A DNA stretch of 64,000 nt, from NCBI GenBank assembly GCA_963677925.2, contig CAXXYH010000004.1, forward strand, positions 1,184,001 to 1,248,000, written 5' to 3'. Made by a program: the position numbers and the translations under genes. Source of the DNA: Spirochaetia bacterium (GTDB lineage Bacteria > Spirochaetota > Spirochaetia > UBA9216). Position 1 is the first letter of the stretch. Every line of letters starts with the position of its first letter. Below the pieces are notes generated by a model, which worked only from the letters and a program-made list of their open reading frames with translations, was not told where the DNA came from and did no database searches. This document shows, in pieces, positions 40,408-50,895 of this stretch.

Positions 40408-40508
40408 TCCTCCGAAAAGATATTCAATACAAGATAGTTCAAAATTCATGAAAAAACATGGTTTTTTTGCATTGTCCGGGTGAATATCTTATAATTTTAT
40501 TACATCTA

Positions 40509-41930
40509 ATGAAAGAGTCTCTTTATCAACAGTTTATAAGTGAATCTCCGGGCGGTCTGTTTGTCGAAGCAGACGGGATAGTTATTGATTCCAATCAGTC
40601 TTTTCTTGAACTTACCGGATATCATGCTGAATCTGTAGGCGGCCTTGGCATTGATACGGTGTTTACTGCTGAATCCTACAATGAGCTTCTCTACAGTAAA
40701 AAACGAATACTCAAAAACCGCTGTGAGGCTCTTACCATCAGAAACCATGATAAATTTCTTAAAGCAAATATCATCAGATCAGACGGACGATGTATTGCCG
40801 TACTTATCCTGATCATCCCGCCGGCAGAATGTGAGGATGCTGTCTGGATATATCAGGTTCTTGAGATGTCGGTATTCATGAGCGGCATGGATTATAACAA
40901 CAAGCTTTACAAGCTGAAAGACTACCTGCTGGACATCAGTCTGAATCTGTCCCAGCTCAAGGATCTGCAGAATTTCTACACCCTTGTTCTTGATGCCGCG
41001 GTAGCTTCAATTGATTCTGCCGAGTCCGGAATAATTCTGCGGTATAGCGGGAATGACAGCTTTGAAACAGCAGCGTCCATAGGCTGCAGGATTGACAATA
41101 CGAGTATTCTGCGGGTCCCTGCCTCCGAAACTTTTTTCTGGCAGAAATATAAACGCATGATTGACCGCACAGCTATTATAAATAACCTTAATAACTATGA
41201 CGGACGCGGGCTGCTTCAGTTCTGTTCCGATACTGAGTGTAAATCAGTGATTGAAACTCCAATCTTTGTGAATGAGGAGTTTTACGGAGTCATAATCATA
41301 ATGAGCAGTGAAGAAAGTGTGTTTGAAGAGGATGATGCAAAGAGCATTGAGTATTTCAGGCTTCAGCTTCAGATAGCCCTTGAAAACCAGCTTCTTTACA
41401 ACACTATAGAACATAAGGCCAATCACGATCCAATGACTGATGTTGCCAGCCGCGGAGCATTCGAGGAACAGGTCCGTAAATTCCTCAAGAACAGATATGA
41501 ATACGAGTCATGCTGTATTGTTCTGATGGATATCAATGATCTTAAAACTGTGAATGATGTCTGGGGTCATTCTGCCGGAGACAAGCTTATTATAAAATTT
41601 ATTTCTGTTCTTAAGGCCAGTCTCAGGGGTACGGATCTTCTGGCAAGGCTCGGAGGCGATGAGTTTGCTATCTGTTTTTTTTCTTCACAGTCGGCCCAGT
41701 TTATCGAGAGACTGTCGGAAATTCAGCGCAGTCTGGTTGATAATCCGCTTGTCATGTCTGACGGGCAGAAGATTGCCTGCTATTTCAGTTATGGTGTAGC
41801 ATACTGTCCTGAAGATGGTGAAGGCTATGACGAGCTGATAAAAAAGGCAGATGAACTGATGTATATCATGAAAAAGGAGATTAAAAGCCGTCAGCGGAAG
41901 AATGATTTGTCAGAACTCAGGCAGCATTAG
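40509..41930 (+). CDS. PAS-GAF-GGDEF diguanylate cyclase
   Basis: N-terminal PAS-like segment (NQSFLELTGY), a GAF-like middle, then DLK.VND.WGH..GD, I-site RGTD and GGDEF. Confidence 0.88.
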   Translation: MKESLYQQFISESPGGLFVEADGIVIDSNQSFLELTGYHAESVGGLGIDTVFTAESYNELLYSKKRILKNRCEALTIRNHDKFLKANIIRSDGRCIAVLILIIPPAECEDAVWIYQVLEMSVFMSGMDYNNKLYKLKDYLLDISLNLSQLKDLQNFYTLVLDAAVASIDSAESGIILRYSGNDSFETAASIGCRIDNTSILRVPASETFFWQKYKRMIDRTAIINNLNNYDGRGLLQFCSDTECKSVIETPIFVNEEFYGVIIIMSSEESVFEEDDAKSIEYFRLQLQIALENQLLYNTIEHKANHDPMTDVASRGAFEEQVRKFLKNRYEYESCCIVLMDINDLKTVNDVWGHSAGDKLIIKFISVLKASLRGTDLLARLGGDEFAICFFSSQSAQFIERLSEIQRSLVDNPLVMSDGQKIACYFSYGVAYCPEDGEGYDELIKKADELMYIMKKEIKSRQRKNDLSELRQH

Positions 41931-43464
41931 TAACCGGAAGCCTGATAATAAAGCAGGCGCCTCCTTCCTCTCTGTTCTCAGCTGAAATAAAACCCTTATG
42001 TTTTTCAATAATCTGCTGAGAAATCGACAGCCCCAGGCCTGAACCCTTGCCGGGCGGTTTTGTTGTAAAAAAGGGTTCGAAGAGTTTTCTGATATTATCC
42101 TCTTTTATTCCCTCTCCGTTATCACAGACTGATATAACTATCTCGTCACTCGCTTCATCATACCGGGTGCTTACTTCAATGATGCCCTTTTCCTTTATTG
42201 CCTGCGAAGCATTTACTATCAGGTTCAGAAACACCTGGTTAAGTTCACCCGGGTAGCATATGAGATCGGGAAGTCTGCCGAAATCGGTTTTCACAGTGCA
42301 GTGGTATTTGATCTCGTTATTGGCTATATTCAGCGTGCTTTGAAGTGCTTCGTTTATATCGGCTTTTATCTTTTCCTTCATGTCCGGCCTGGCAAAGGTC
42401 TTAAGGCTTTTGACAATTGAAGATATTCGCGAACATCCATCCAGGGATTCAATAATGCTTTTATCTATATCTTCAAGCACAAAGTTGATATCTTCATCAT
42501 TGTCCAGACTTTCATAGTCTCCTTCTGTACAGCCGCTTTCAGCCATTATTTTCAGTTTTTTTACTACATTAAAGTAGCCCTGCATTGCGGTCAGATTATT
42601 CTGAATAAAACTAACCGGGTTGTTTATTTCATGAGCAACTCCGGCTGATATTCGTCCTATTGTTGCCATTCTTTCGGCTCTTGCAAGCTGATTTTCCTTG
42701 TCGCTGAGTTCCTGATTGAATCTCCTCAAATCCTTCTCTGTCTGAACTCGTTTCGATATGTCCTGGATGGTTACAAAGAGCACCAGCGGAATGCCTTCCT
42801 TTGACCATGATATTGGTTTGATTCTTGAATGCAGTGATTTGATATTTTTGTTAATTTCCACTTCAAAATCGAATTCCAGGACCTTATCATTGCTGCTCAG
42901 CTTGGCGGTTAGCTCTTCCTGATTTGAGGGAAGCATCATGCTGAACAGGTTTTCTACTTCCTGGTATTTACTCTCTTTGAGATTCCTTGTTTCAAATATC
43001 TCTTTTAGCTGATCTGAATAGTCATAAAACTCTTTTTTATCAATATTATAAAAACAGTGGCCTATTTCACCCTGAATCTGGGCTTCCCTGAGCGCCCTTT
43101 CATTTAAAACCCCCTCATTGAACAGTTGGGTTATTTCAGCAAAATCAGGATTGCTCCTTACTTTCTCTTCCCTGATGCTTCTTTTAGTCCTGATTGCTGC
43201 TCCGATTATTTTGAGAGGATAGATTATATTCCTGTTTACCAGCAGGGTTATAGCGAGTGAAATTAAAATAATACCGATTATCCATAATGCAATGAGTTTA
43301 ATTATAAAAATTACCATAGGATAAGTTAACAGACTTTGTTCCGGAGTGATTATCGCGTTCTCAACACATTCGGAATATTTAGCCGTAAGCAGAAACACTG
43401 AAAAAACAATCATTAATATGAATCCTGAAATCAGGATGAGTATTATCTTTGAAATTATTTTCAT
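41917..43464 (-). CDS. Membrane sensor histidine kinase (NtrB-like)
   Basis: Two N-terminal TM helices. H-box [10 protein letters not shown]-box [23 protein letters not shown] and GSGLGL. Confidence 0.9.
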   Translation of the reverse strand: MKIISKIILILISGFILMIVFSVFLLTAKYSECVENAIITPEQSLLTYPMVIFIIKLIALWIIGIILISLAITLLVNRNIIYPLKIIGAAIRTKRSIREEKVRSNPDFAEITQLFNEGVLNERALREAQIQGEIGHCFYNIDKKEFYDYSDQLKEIFETRNLKESKYQEVENLFSMMLPSNQEELTAKLSSNDKVLEFDFEVEINKNIKSLHSRIKPISWSKEGIPLVLFVTIQDISKRVQTEKDLRRFNQELSDKENQLARAERMATIGRISAGVAHEINNPVSFIQNNLTAMQGYFNVVKKLKIMAESGCTEGDYESLDNDEDINFVLEDIDKSIIESLDGCSRISSIVKSLKTFARPDMKEKIKADINEALQSTLNIANNEIKYHCTVKTDFGRLPDLICYPGELNQVFLNLIVNASQAIKEKGIIEVSTRYDEASDEIVISVCDNGEGIKEDNIRKLFEPFFTTKPPGKGSGLGLSISQQIIEKHKGFISAENREEGGACFIIRLPVTNAA

Positions 43465-43529
43465 TTTCAGTTCCTATGTAATATAATCCTATTCAAATAG
43501 TATTCTGAAATCAAATTTGCGGAGTTTAT

Positions 43530-44870
43530 ATGAAGATTATCGTTGGTCACAGCAATATGGATTTAGACTGTATAGGGTCGATAGTGCTGGCAAGGTACAT
43601 ATACCCTGATTATGTGCCTGTTAAAAGCAGGCTGATTCATCCGGTTGCCAAGAATCTCCAGAATCTTTATCAGAACCATCTGGCATTTGCAAACCCGATT
43701 GATTTGAAGGAAGAACATGTTGAAAAAATGATAGTTGTTGATACCCGCACATCGGGACGTATTGCGGAGTACATGCAGTATATATCCAATCCTGCTCTTG
43801 AGATCGAGGTTTTCGATCATCATCCGGCTGATGACAAGGATATTGAGGGTGCCCTGATTCATGATAAGCCCTACGGAGCCAATACAACGCTTCTCGCAAT
43901 GGAAGTTATAAAAAGGGGAATTAAGGTTACAGCCGAGGACGCTACAATTGCACTGACCGGGATTTATGCCGATACCGGAAACTTCACTCATCAGAATGTC
44001 AGCTGCGAAGATTTCAGCTGTGCCTCGTACCTGATTGACTGCGGTGCTGAGCTAAAACTTGTCTCTCATTTTCTTCAGCCGCTTCGAAAGAAAATTCAGG
44101 TAAGTCTTTTTCATCAGGTTCTCAATGCTATCGAATATCATGACATCCTCGGCCATTTTATCATCACAAGCTATACAGTTCTCGAACAGGAATCCGAAGG
44201 TGTAAATGCTGTTGTTGAAAAGATATTTGAGGTTGAAAATGCGGAAGTATATTTTGCGTTTTTCTATGTTCCCAAAAGGAAGAAACTGCTGATAGTTGCC
44301 CGGAACCGCAAACCCAATATCAAAATAAATGAAATTCTGTCGCGTTTCGGAGGCGGAGGACACACTCAGGCGGCTTCCGGAGTGGTAAAAACCGAGGACG
44401 GTCAGGAAGTGTATAATCAGATGCTCGCCCTCATAAAGACAAGTCTTATTCCGGCCTATACCGCCAATGATATCATGACCGAGGATGTAATAACCCTGAA
44501 ACAGGATATTTCACTTCTTGAAGCATCAAGAACCCTCGAAGCCATTTCCCATACCGGCGCCCCGGTGCTGGACGAGCAGGGCTTTGTGGTTGGTTTTCTT
44601 ACACTTAGAGATATTATGAAAGGCCGAAAAGCTGAGCAGATGCATGCCCCGGTAAAAGGTTATATGACAAAAAAGATAGTATGTGCTGATCCGGGAACAA
44701 CAGTACGGGAGATTGATGATCTGATGCTGGAGCACAACATCGGACATCTGCCTGTCGTAGAGGATCGTAAACTTAAGGGAATTGTAACCCGTACCGATTT
44801 TCTCAGTTTCCGCAAGGGCGAAAAGCAGAAGCGGGATCAGGCTATAAAGGAAATAGGAGCTCTTAAATGA
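43530..44870 (+). CDS. DHH/DHHA1 phosphoesterase with C-terminal CBS pair
   Basis: H..MDLDCIGS, VVDT, DHH, GIYADTGNF and GGGGH motifs, then two CBS domains (DIMTEDV..., IGHLPVV..GIVTRTD). Confidence 0.88.
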   Translation: MKIIVGHSNMDLDCIGSIVLARYIYPDYVPVKSRLIHPVAKNLQNLYQNHLAFANPIDLKEEHVEKMIVVDTRTSGRIAEYMQYISNPALEIEVFDHHPADDKDIEGALIHDKPYGANTTLLAMEVIKRGIKVTAEDATIALTGIYADTGNFTHQNVSCEDFSCASYLIDCGAELKLVSHFLQPLRKKIQVSLFHQVLNAIEYHDILGHFIITSYTVLEQESEGVNAVVEKIFEVENAEVYFAFFYVPKRKKLLIVARNRKPNIKINEILSRFGGGGHTQAASGVVKTEDGQEVYNQMLALIKTSLIPAYTANDIMTEDVITLKQDISLLEASRTLEAISHTGAPVLDEQGFVVGFLTLRDIMKGRKAEQMHAPVKGYMTKKIVCADPGTTVREIDDLMLEHNIGHLPVVEDRKLKGIVTRTDFLSFRKGEKQKRDQAIKEIGALK

Positions 44871-45646
44871 AAAACACAACTGACCTGCTTTTACAGCGCC
44901 GATCGGTGCGGAGCTATTCAGATAAACCCATAGATGCTGATTCCAGGCAGCTAATTCTGGACTGCACAATGCGGGCTCCTACCGCCGGAAATCTGATGCT
45001 GTATTCAGTAATTGACGTAAGTGATCAGTCTGTTAAGGATAAGCTGGCCGTAAGCTGTGATAACCAGCCCTTTATTGCGAAGGCTCCGCTGGTTCTTCTG
45101 TTTCTTGCCGATTATCAGCGTATATATGATTACTTTATCACAAGCGGGGCAGAGGACTACGCAGCTTCGGAAGGCCTTGATTTCCGGAAACCTCAGCATG
45201 GAGATCTGATGCTTGCTGTAAATGATGCGCTCATTGCAGCACAGACCGCAGTTACAGCGGCTGAATCACTTGGAATCGGGTCATGCTACATCGGTGACAT
45301 CATGGAGAATTATGAATTTCACAGAGAGCTGTTTAAGCTGCCCGAATACACCTTTCCCGTCACGCTGCTCTGTTTCGGGTATCCAACCGAAGCGGCCTCA
45401 AAGCGGAGGCTTGTTCCGAGGTTTGATCAGGATTTTGTTGTGTTTGAAAATACCTATCCGGAAACAGATAAAGAGAAACTGCTTCACCTGATGGATAATA
45501 TGGAAAAGTGGGAGCATGGCGATAAGCCTCACAGCTATCCTGAAGGGAATCCCGGGTGCAGAATTTTCGGACGGAAGTTTGCAAGCGATTTTTCACTTGA
45601 GATGAACCGCTCGGTCTGCAAAGCCCTGAAAAACTGGGAAAAATGA
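44867..45646 (+). CDS. Nitroreductase (NfsA/Frp-like)
   Basis: RRSVRSY, APTAGN, AAESLGIGSCYIG and FGYP motifs. Confidence 0.9.
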   Translation: MKNTTDLLLQRRSVRSYSDKPIDADSRQLILDCTMRAPTAGNLMLYSVIDVSDQSVKDKLAVSCDNQPFIAKAPLVLLFLADYQRIYDYFITSGAEDYAASEGLDFRKPQHGDLMLAVNDALIAAQTAVTAAESLGIGSCYIGDIMENYEFHRELFKLPEYTFPVTLLCFGYPTEAASKRRLVPRFDQDFVVFENTYPETDKEKLLHLMDNMEKWEHGDKPHSYPEGNPGCRIFGRKFASDFSLEMNRSVCKALKNWEK

Positions 45647-45665
45647 AGCAGGAAATTCAGCCTCA

Positions 45666-46484
45666 GTGAATACCGAAAAAACCGGATATAAAATAAAAAC
45701 ATTTCCTTCAAGCAGGCTTTTCACGATGGATATCGGAAAGCTGGGTATGAGGAAGCATCATATAAAAGCGGTTCTTGAGGCTGATGTCACTCAATCGCGC
45801 AGAAAGATTCGAAAATACCGTTCAGATGCCGGATGCAGCCTTTCTTTCAATTCATGGCTTGTCAAATGTATTGCCGCTGCGGCCTCGGAGTTTCCCGAAG
45901 TGCATGCCTGCCTGAGAAGACATAAAGAGCTTGTGATCTTCGACGATGTGGATATATCTATCATGGTGGAGAAGATGGTTGAGGGGCAGGCTGTCCCCAT
46001 CCCCATGGTTCTTAGAAAAGTCAACGAAAAAACTGTTACACAGATACAGCAGGAAATAGAAGACGCCCGGAATACTGAAATAAGAGATGAAGGTGATTTC
46101 GTTCTCGGTGAACAGGACAGCTCAAAAGCTTCCGTAAGGCTTTTTTCCATGCTTCCGCAAAGACTGCGCCTTATTATCTGGCGTATCATGCTTTCCGACC
46201 CTTTTAGAGTAAAAAGCATGATGGGCACTGTTATTGTCTCCTCAGTGGGAATGATGGGAAGGGTACGGGGCTGGTTTATTCCCTACAGCATTCATTCCCT
46301 GTGCATAGCTGCAGGCTCAATCGTCGAAAAGGTTTCGGTTAAAAAAGGCGAAATCCAGCCTGCTGAATTTATTGAGTTAACTATTCTGCTTGATCATAAT
46401 GTTATTGACGGAGCACCTGCAGCCAGATTTGCTTCCAGGCTGGTTGATATAATTGAGAAAGGAGAAAATATACCTGAAGTATGA
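45666..46484 (+). CDS. Stand-alone 2-oxoacid dehydrogenase E2-like acyltransferase domain
   Basis: Catalytic DHNVIDGAPAARF motif and GTVIVSSVG. No lipoyl or E3-binding domain. Confidence 0.8.
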   Translation: MNTEKTGYKIKTFPSSRLFTMDIGKLGMRKHHIKAVLEADVTQSRRKIRKYRSDAGCSLSFNSWLVKCIAAAASEFPEVHACLRRHKELVIFDDVDISIMVEKMVEGQAVPIPMVLRKVNEKTVTQIQQEIEDARNTEIRDEGDFVLGEQDSSKASVRLFSMLPQRLRLIIWRIMLSDPFRVKSMMGTVIVSSVGMMGRVRGWFIPYSIHSLCIAAGSIVEKVSVKKGEIQPAEFIELTILLDHNVIDGAPAARFASRLVDIIEKGENIPEV

Positions 46485-47254
46485 AAGAAAAGCTGATCTC
46501 AGAAATTATTGCCGCCGAACTTAAGTACTACTCACTTTTTGCAGAAGCTGAAAGACTGGAATACGGTATCCGATTCACCGATCAAAATATTCCCGATATG
46601 TTCTGCCATAATTTTCTCTGGTTTGACGGTCCGCAGGAAAAACTAAAGAAGGCATATGATGAAGAGCAGACTTACCGGAAGGTAATGGGGCAGGCTATGC
46701 TTCAGATTGAGTTATTCGATAAATCTCCTTCTGATATTACAGTAAAACTGCCGGGGGCTGAAATATCTGAGCAGTTTGTCATGTCTGCACCGCTTGAGAA
46801 AGTGGCTGCTGCCGGAAGTAAACCGGAGGCTTTCTGCAGGCTTGCCGAAACGGATGAAGATTATATGCGCGGGAGGGAAATTGATATAATTTCATTCGGA
46901 CCTGAATACGCCGGGTTTGCCGGACGCCGATTCGACCGGAAACTTCCTGTTTACCGGGACTCTCAATCTGGAATAAATCATCTGGTATGTACTTCAAATG
47001 AGATAAATGTCGGAAACTGCGACCTTTTTATATATGAGAAAGCCGCAAACGTAGAAGATTTCGACATACTTGAAGAATTTCAGCATCAGGGATACGGGAC
47101 ATCGGTGCTTGCATATGCTGCGGAAATCTCGGTTGATAAGGGGGCTGAATACATGTTTATAATTGTGGACAGCGATAACAGCGCCGTGGAGATGTACCGT
47201 AAAAACGGCTTTGAATACCTGTGCAGCAGCTGTATTATTAATCTGGAACTGTAA
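46481..47254 (+). CDS. GNAT family acetyltransferase
   Basis: Acetyl-CoA motif FQHQGYGT and N.AVEMYRKNGF. Confidence 0.85.
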   Translation: MKEKLISEIIAAELKYYSLFAEAERLEYGIRFTDQNIPDMFCHNFLWFDGPQEKLKKAYDEEQTYRKVMGQAMLQIELFDKSPSDITVKLPGAEISEQFVMSAPLEKVAAAGSKPEAFCRLAETDEDYMRGREIDIISFGPEYAGFAGRRFDRKLPVYRDSQSGINHLVCTSNEINVGNCDLFIYEKAANVEDFDILEEFQHQGYGTSVLAYAAEISVDKGAEYMFIIVDSDNSAVEMYRKNGFEYLCSSCIINLEL

Positions 47255-47270
47255 GTCCGGGAGGTACAGT

Positions 47271-47624
47271 ATGAGTGAGATTGATGATTATATTGCCGGG
47301 TTCCCGCCGGCCACCGGGGCGCTTCTTGATAGAATGAGAGCACTTATCAGGGCTGCTGCTCCTGAAGCTTCAGAGAAAATCAGTTACGGCATGCCGACCT
47401 TTTATCTCAACGGGAATCTGGTTCACTTTGCCGGCTACAAGGCTCACATAGGATTTTATCCGGCGCCCAGCGGTATTTCAAAGTTTCCGGAGCGTATATC
47501 TGAATACAAATATGCCAAAGGATCGGTGCAGTTCCCCCTGGATAAACCCCTTCCGGAATTGCTGATTAGTGATATAGTTAAATTCCGCAGGGAAGAAAAC
47601 CTGAAAAAAGTTAAGAAAAAATAG
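47271..47624 (+). CDS. DUF1801 (YdhG-like) protein
   Basis: IDDYI, EKISYGMPTF, HIGFYP and KGSVQFP motifs. ATG at 47271 follows GGAGG. Confidence 0.88.
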   Translation: MSEIDDYIAGFPPATGALLDRMRALIRAAAPEASEKISYGMPTFYLNGNLVHFAGYKAHIGFYPAPSGISKFPERISEYKYAKGSVQFPLDKPLPELLISDIVKFRREENLKKVKKK

Positions 47625-47634
47625 GAAATGCAGG

Positions 47635-48087
47635 ATGTCAGAAATTAAATTCACCCATGTTAATGTAGTTGCTGAAGACTGGAAAAAACTCGCCGGCTTT
47701 TATATAGAAGTTCTCGGCTGTACTCCTAAGCCTCCGGAGCGGGATCTTTCCGGTGAATGGCTTGATTACCTGACCGGGCTCGATAATGCCAGAATTAATG
47801 GAATACACCTTCAGCTTCCGGGAGGCGGTGCAGACGGTCCGACTCTGGAAGTCTTTCAGTATGACAGCAATGCTTCTGAGCCGGTAAAGCAGATCAATAT
47901 GCCCGGCTTTGCGCATATAGCCTTTTCGGTTGATGATGTTGAGAATTATGCTGCTCTGATAATTGAAAACGGAGGTTCGCTGGTGGGTGATATTGTGAGA
48001 ACCGGAGTGAAGAGCGCCGGTGAGATTCATGTAGTTTATGCACGGGATCCCGAGGGCAATATCATAGAGATTCAAAAATGGATTTAA
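47635..48087 (+). CDS. VOC/glyoxalase family protein
   Basis: HVNVV, FY..VLG, HIAFSVDD and DPEGNIIE motifs. Confidence 0.9.
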   Translation: MSEIKFTHVNVVAEDWKKLAGFYIEVLGCTPKPPERDLSGEWLDYLTGLDNARINGIHLQLPGGGADGPTLEVFQYDSNASEPVKQINMPGFAHIAFSVDDVENYAALIIENGGSLVGDIVRTGVKSAGEIHVVYARDPEGNIIEIQKWI

Positions 48088-48893
48088 CCGGCAGGATTCA
48101 ATCAGTCAGAGCCGTTTATTTTTCTCCTACCGGAACAACCCGGGCGGTTGTAAAGGCCGCGGCAGAGGGCACCGGACTGTCCGATATCAGGTATTCGGAT
48201 TTGACTACACCCGGCCTGCGGTCGGAATTTGTTCCGGATGTAAGCGAAGATCTTCTGATAATAGGGATGCCCGTCTATGAGGAGCACATTCCTAAAATAG
48301 CAGCTGAGCGCCTTTACCGTCTCAGCGCGCCGGAACGGCCTGTGCTGATAATCAGTGTATATGGAAACGTTGGATACGGGATGAGTCTGAAGGATCTGGA
48401 GGGCTTCTGCGTAACTTCCGGTGCCTGTGTTTATGCCGCCGGAGCTTTTATCGGGGAGCATTCTTTTTCTTCAGGAAATATTTCCCCGGGAGCCGAACGC
48501 CCATCAGATGCAGATCTGGAGGAAGCCCGGAAGCTGGGCGATCTCTTTGCACAGAAGGCGGCCTCCGGAAAAAAAGCAGGGCTTGATTCTTCACTCATTC
48601 CCGGGAAGCTTCCGCTGACTGCCAGGATCCTGCCGGAGGGCAGTGCATCAATGTTTACAAAACCGCCTGTGATAAACAGTCTCTGCAACAGCTGCGGCAT
48701 CTGCAGAATGGCATGCCCTTCAGGCGCCATCAGGGCTGATTTTTCGATCGATGAAGCTCTTTGTCTGCGCTGCTTTGCCTGTGTTAGAAAGTGCAGGAGA
48801 ACAGCAAGGACTGTAGAATACAAAAAATCAGTCCTTGTTAAGACTATGCTTCGAATGAACAGTAAGAATAAAAGCAATCTGCTGATTACCTGA
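48078..48893 (+). CDS. Flavodoxin-like + 2x[4Fe-4S] ferredoxin (EFR1 type)
   Basis: YFSPTGTT, PVY and VYGN motifs. Cluster motifs CNSCGICRMACP and CLRCFACVRKC. Confidence 0.85.
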   Translation: MDLTGRIQSVRAVYFSPTGTTRAVVKAAAEGTGLSDIRYSDLTTPGLRSEFVPDVSEDLLIIGMPVYEEHIPKIAAERLYRLSAPERPVLIISVYGNVGYGMSLKDLEGFCVTSGACVYAAGAFIGEHSFSSGNISPGAERPSDADLEEARKLGDLFAQKAASGKKAGLDSSLIPGKLPLTARILPEGSASMFTKPPVINSLCNSCGICRMACPSGAIRADFSIDEALCLRCFACVRKCRRTARTVEYKKSVLVKTMLRMNSKNKSNLLIT

Positions 48894-48953
48894 GACTTCT
48901 GCAAAAGTAATATTTTTGCATTCTTCTTCGGGATCTATTAGAATAAGGATGTT

Positions 48954-50387
48954 ATGAAAAGAGATACACATTTCGCCAGAACCAAGATAATCGGAACGAT
49001 CGGTCCGGCTACGAATAAGCCGGAAATAATTGCGGATATGATCAGAGCGGGGCTTGATGTGATCAGGATAAACTTCAGTCACGGTAGCTATGAAGAGCAT
49101 GCCGCCAGTATCGCTGCAGTTAAGGAAGGCGCAAAGCTTGCAGACAACGCAGTTGCCATACTTGCTGATCTTTGCGGGCCCAAGATCCGCTTAAGCAGGA
49201 TTGATGAAGAGTTCGATATAGAAGCCGGTGAGACTGTAGTTATTTCAACCAGTCATGAGTCCTATTCAGGCCCTCATAAGGTTATTCCCACTGATTTTAC
49301 TTCTCTGGCCGCCGATGTGAAACCTGCCGACCGAATTCTTATTGACGACGGACTTCTTCAGCTTGTTGTGCAGGAAGCTTCCGGAAGTGATGTAATCTGC
49401 CAGGTAATAGACGGAGGACGTGTAAAGTCCAGAAAGGGGATGAACCTTCCTAATGTAAAGGTAAGCGTTTCGGCTATAACCGACAAGGACCGGCAGGATC
49501 TTGATTTTATTGTTAAGCAGGATGTTGATTTTATTGCCCTCTCGTTTGTAAGGGATGCCAACGATATCCGCGAGCTCAGATGGCTGCTGAAGGAGAGGAA
49601 CCGGGACCTGCCGATAATTGCCAAAATAGAGAAGCCGGAAGCCATCAGAGATATTGATGCAATAATCGCTGAAACTGATATGGTCATGGTTGCAAGGGGC
49701 GATCTCGGTGTTGAGATGCCGCCGCAGGAAGTCCCCGTTCTTCAGAAGATGATAATAAGCAAGTGCATCGAAGCCAACAAGCCGGTAATAACGGCGACTC
49801 AGATGCTGGAATCCATGATAAACAATCCGCGGCCCACAAGGGCTGAGGCAAGCGATGTTGCAAATGCTGTTTTTGACGGAACCGACACTGTAATGCTGAG
49901 CGGGGAAACCTCTGTCGGGGCCTATCCGCTTGGAGCAGTACGGACCATGGATGATATCATTCATGCAGCTGAAAGCCGAACCCTTGAATTTGATCCCTCA
50001 AGGCTCCGGAGAATGCACAGAGGCAATAACGACGCAGAGAACATCTGTCATTCCGCCTGTCTGATTGCCGCCGAGGCTGATGCCAAGGCAATAATCACAA
50101 TCACCAAGTCGGGCAAGACTGCCCGGATGCTGTCGATGTACAGGCCGAACGTTCCTATTATTGCTTTTTCTCAGAGTGAGCAGACCCTACGACGACTCAA
50201 TATCGTCTGGGGCGTTCAGGCCGAGCTGATTACAGATGTGACAGATACCGATGAAACGCTTCGAATGGCCAGGAATATGGCGCTTAAGCTGGGCTACATC
50301 ACCTCTGGTGATAAGGTTGTGTATGTAACCGGTATTCCGCTGCTTACCAGCAGAGAAGCCAATATGATTAAGATTGATACTGCCTGA
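48954..50387 (+). CDS. pyk: Pyruvate kinase
   Basis: TKIIGTIGPA, RINFSHG, IIAKIEK, MVARGDLGVE, ATQMLESM, PTRAE and MLSGET motifs. Confidence 0.97.
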   Translation: MKRDTHFARTKIIGTIGPATNKPEIIADMIRAGLDVIRINFSHGSYEEHAASIAAVKEGAKLADNAVAILADLCGPKIRLSRIDEEFDIEAGETVVISTSHESYSGPHKVIPTDFTSLAADVKPADRILIDDGLLQLVVQEASGSDVICQVIDGGRVKSRKGMNLPNVKVSVSAITDKDRQDLDFIVKQDVDFIALSFVRDANDIRELRWLLKERNRDLPIIAKIEKPEAIRDIDAIIAETDMVMVARGDLGVEMPPQEVPVLQKMIISKCIEANKPVITATQMLESMINNPRPTRAEASDVANAVFDGTDTVMLSGETSVGAYPLGAVRTMDDIIHAAESRTLEFDPSRLRRMHRGNNDAENICHSACLIAAEADAKAIITITKSGKTARMLSMYRPNVPIIAFSQSEQTLRRLNIVWGVQAELITDVTDTDETLRMARNMALKLGYITSGDKVVYVTGIPLLTSREANMIKIDTA

Positions 50388-50405
50388 TATAGACCATACT
50401 TCCGC

Positions 50406-50834
50406 TCAGCTTAGAATTTCAATTCCTGCTGAAGTAAGCAGTGAGGCCGTGACTCCCATTCCCTCAACTGTTTTTCCGCTGAAGCTTCCGTCGTAAACAG
50501 TCCCGCATCCGCAGGAAGGGCTGCGCTGCTGAAGGATTGCCTTTGTTATACCGCAGGTTCTGCATATTTCGAGGGTTGCTCTTGCTCCCTTTATAAAGGC
50601 TTCCGATACATCTTCTCCTGAAGCCGTCATAACTTTCTTGCTTCCTTCTGATGTTCTGACTATCTCCGAGGATTCACGGGGAGTGTGAAGTCCTCCGAGA
50701 AGTTCAGGACAGACCGGTAATGCACGGCCTTCTGCAACAAGTTTTGCCGCATCAGGGTCGAGAGTGTTTCTTCCGTCGTAACGGCAGTTAATTCCCGCAA
50801 GGCAGGCGCTTACAATATATTCATAGCTGCTCAT
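50406..50834 (-). CDS. DUF523 family protein (2-thiouracil desulfurase-like)
   Basis: VSACLAG..CRYDG, CPE..GGL.TPR and SPSCG motifs. Confidence 0.9.
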   Translation of the reverse strand: MSSYEYIVSACLAGINCRYDGRNTLDPDAAKLVAEGRALPVCPELLGGLHTPRESSEIVRTSEGSKKVMTASGEDVSEAFIKGARATLEICRTCGITKAILQQRSPSCGCGTVYDGSFSGKTVEGMGVTASLLTSAGIEILS

Positions 50835-50895
50835 GGCTTATCCTTTTTCAAAAATATCTTCTGTATTATACTGACAGAAAAACGGGGCAGGGTGA

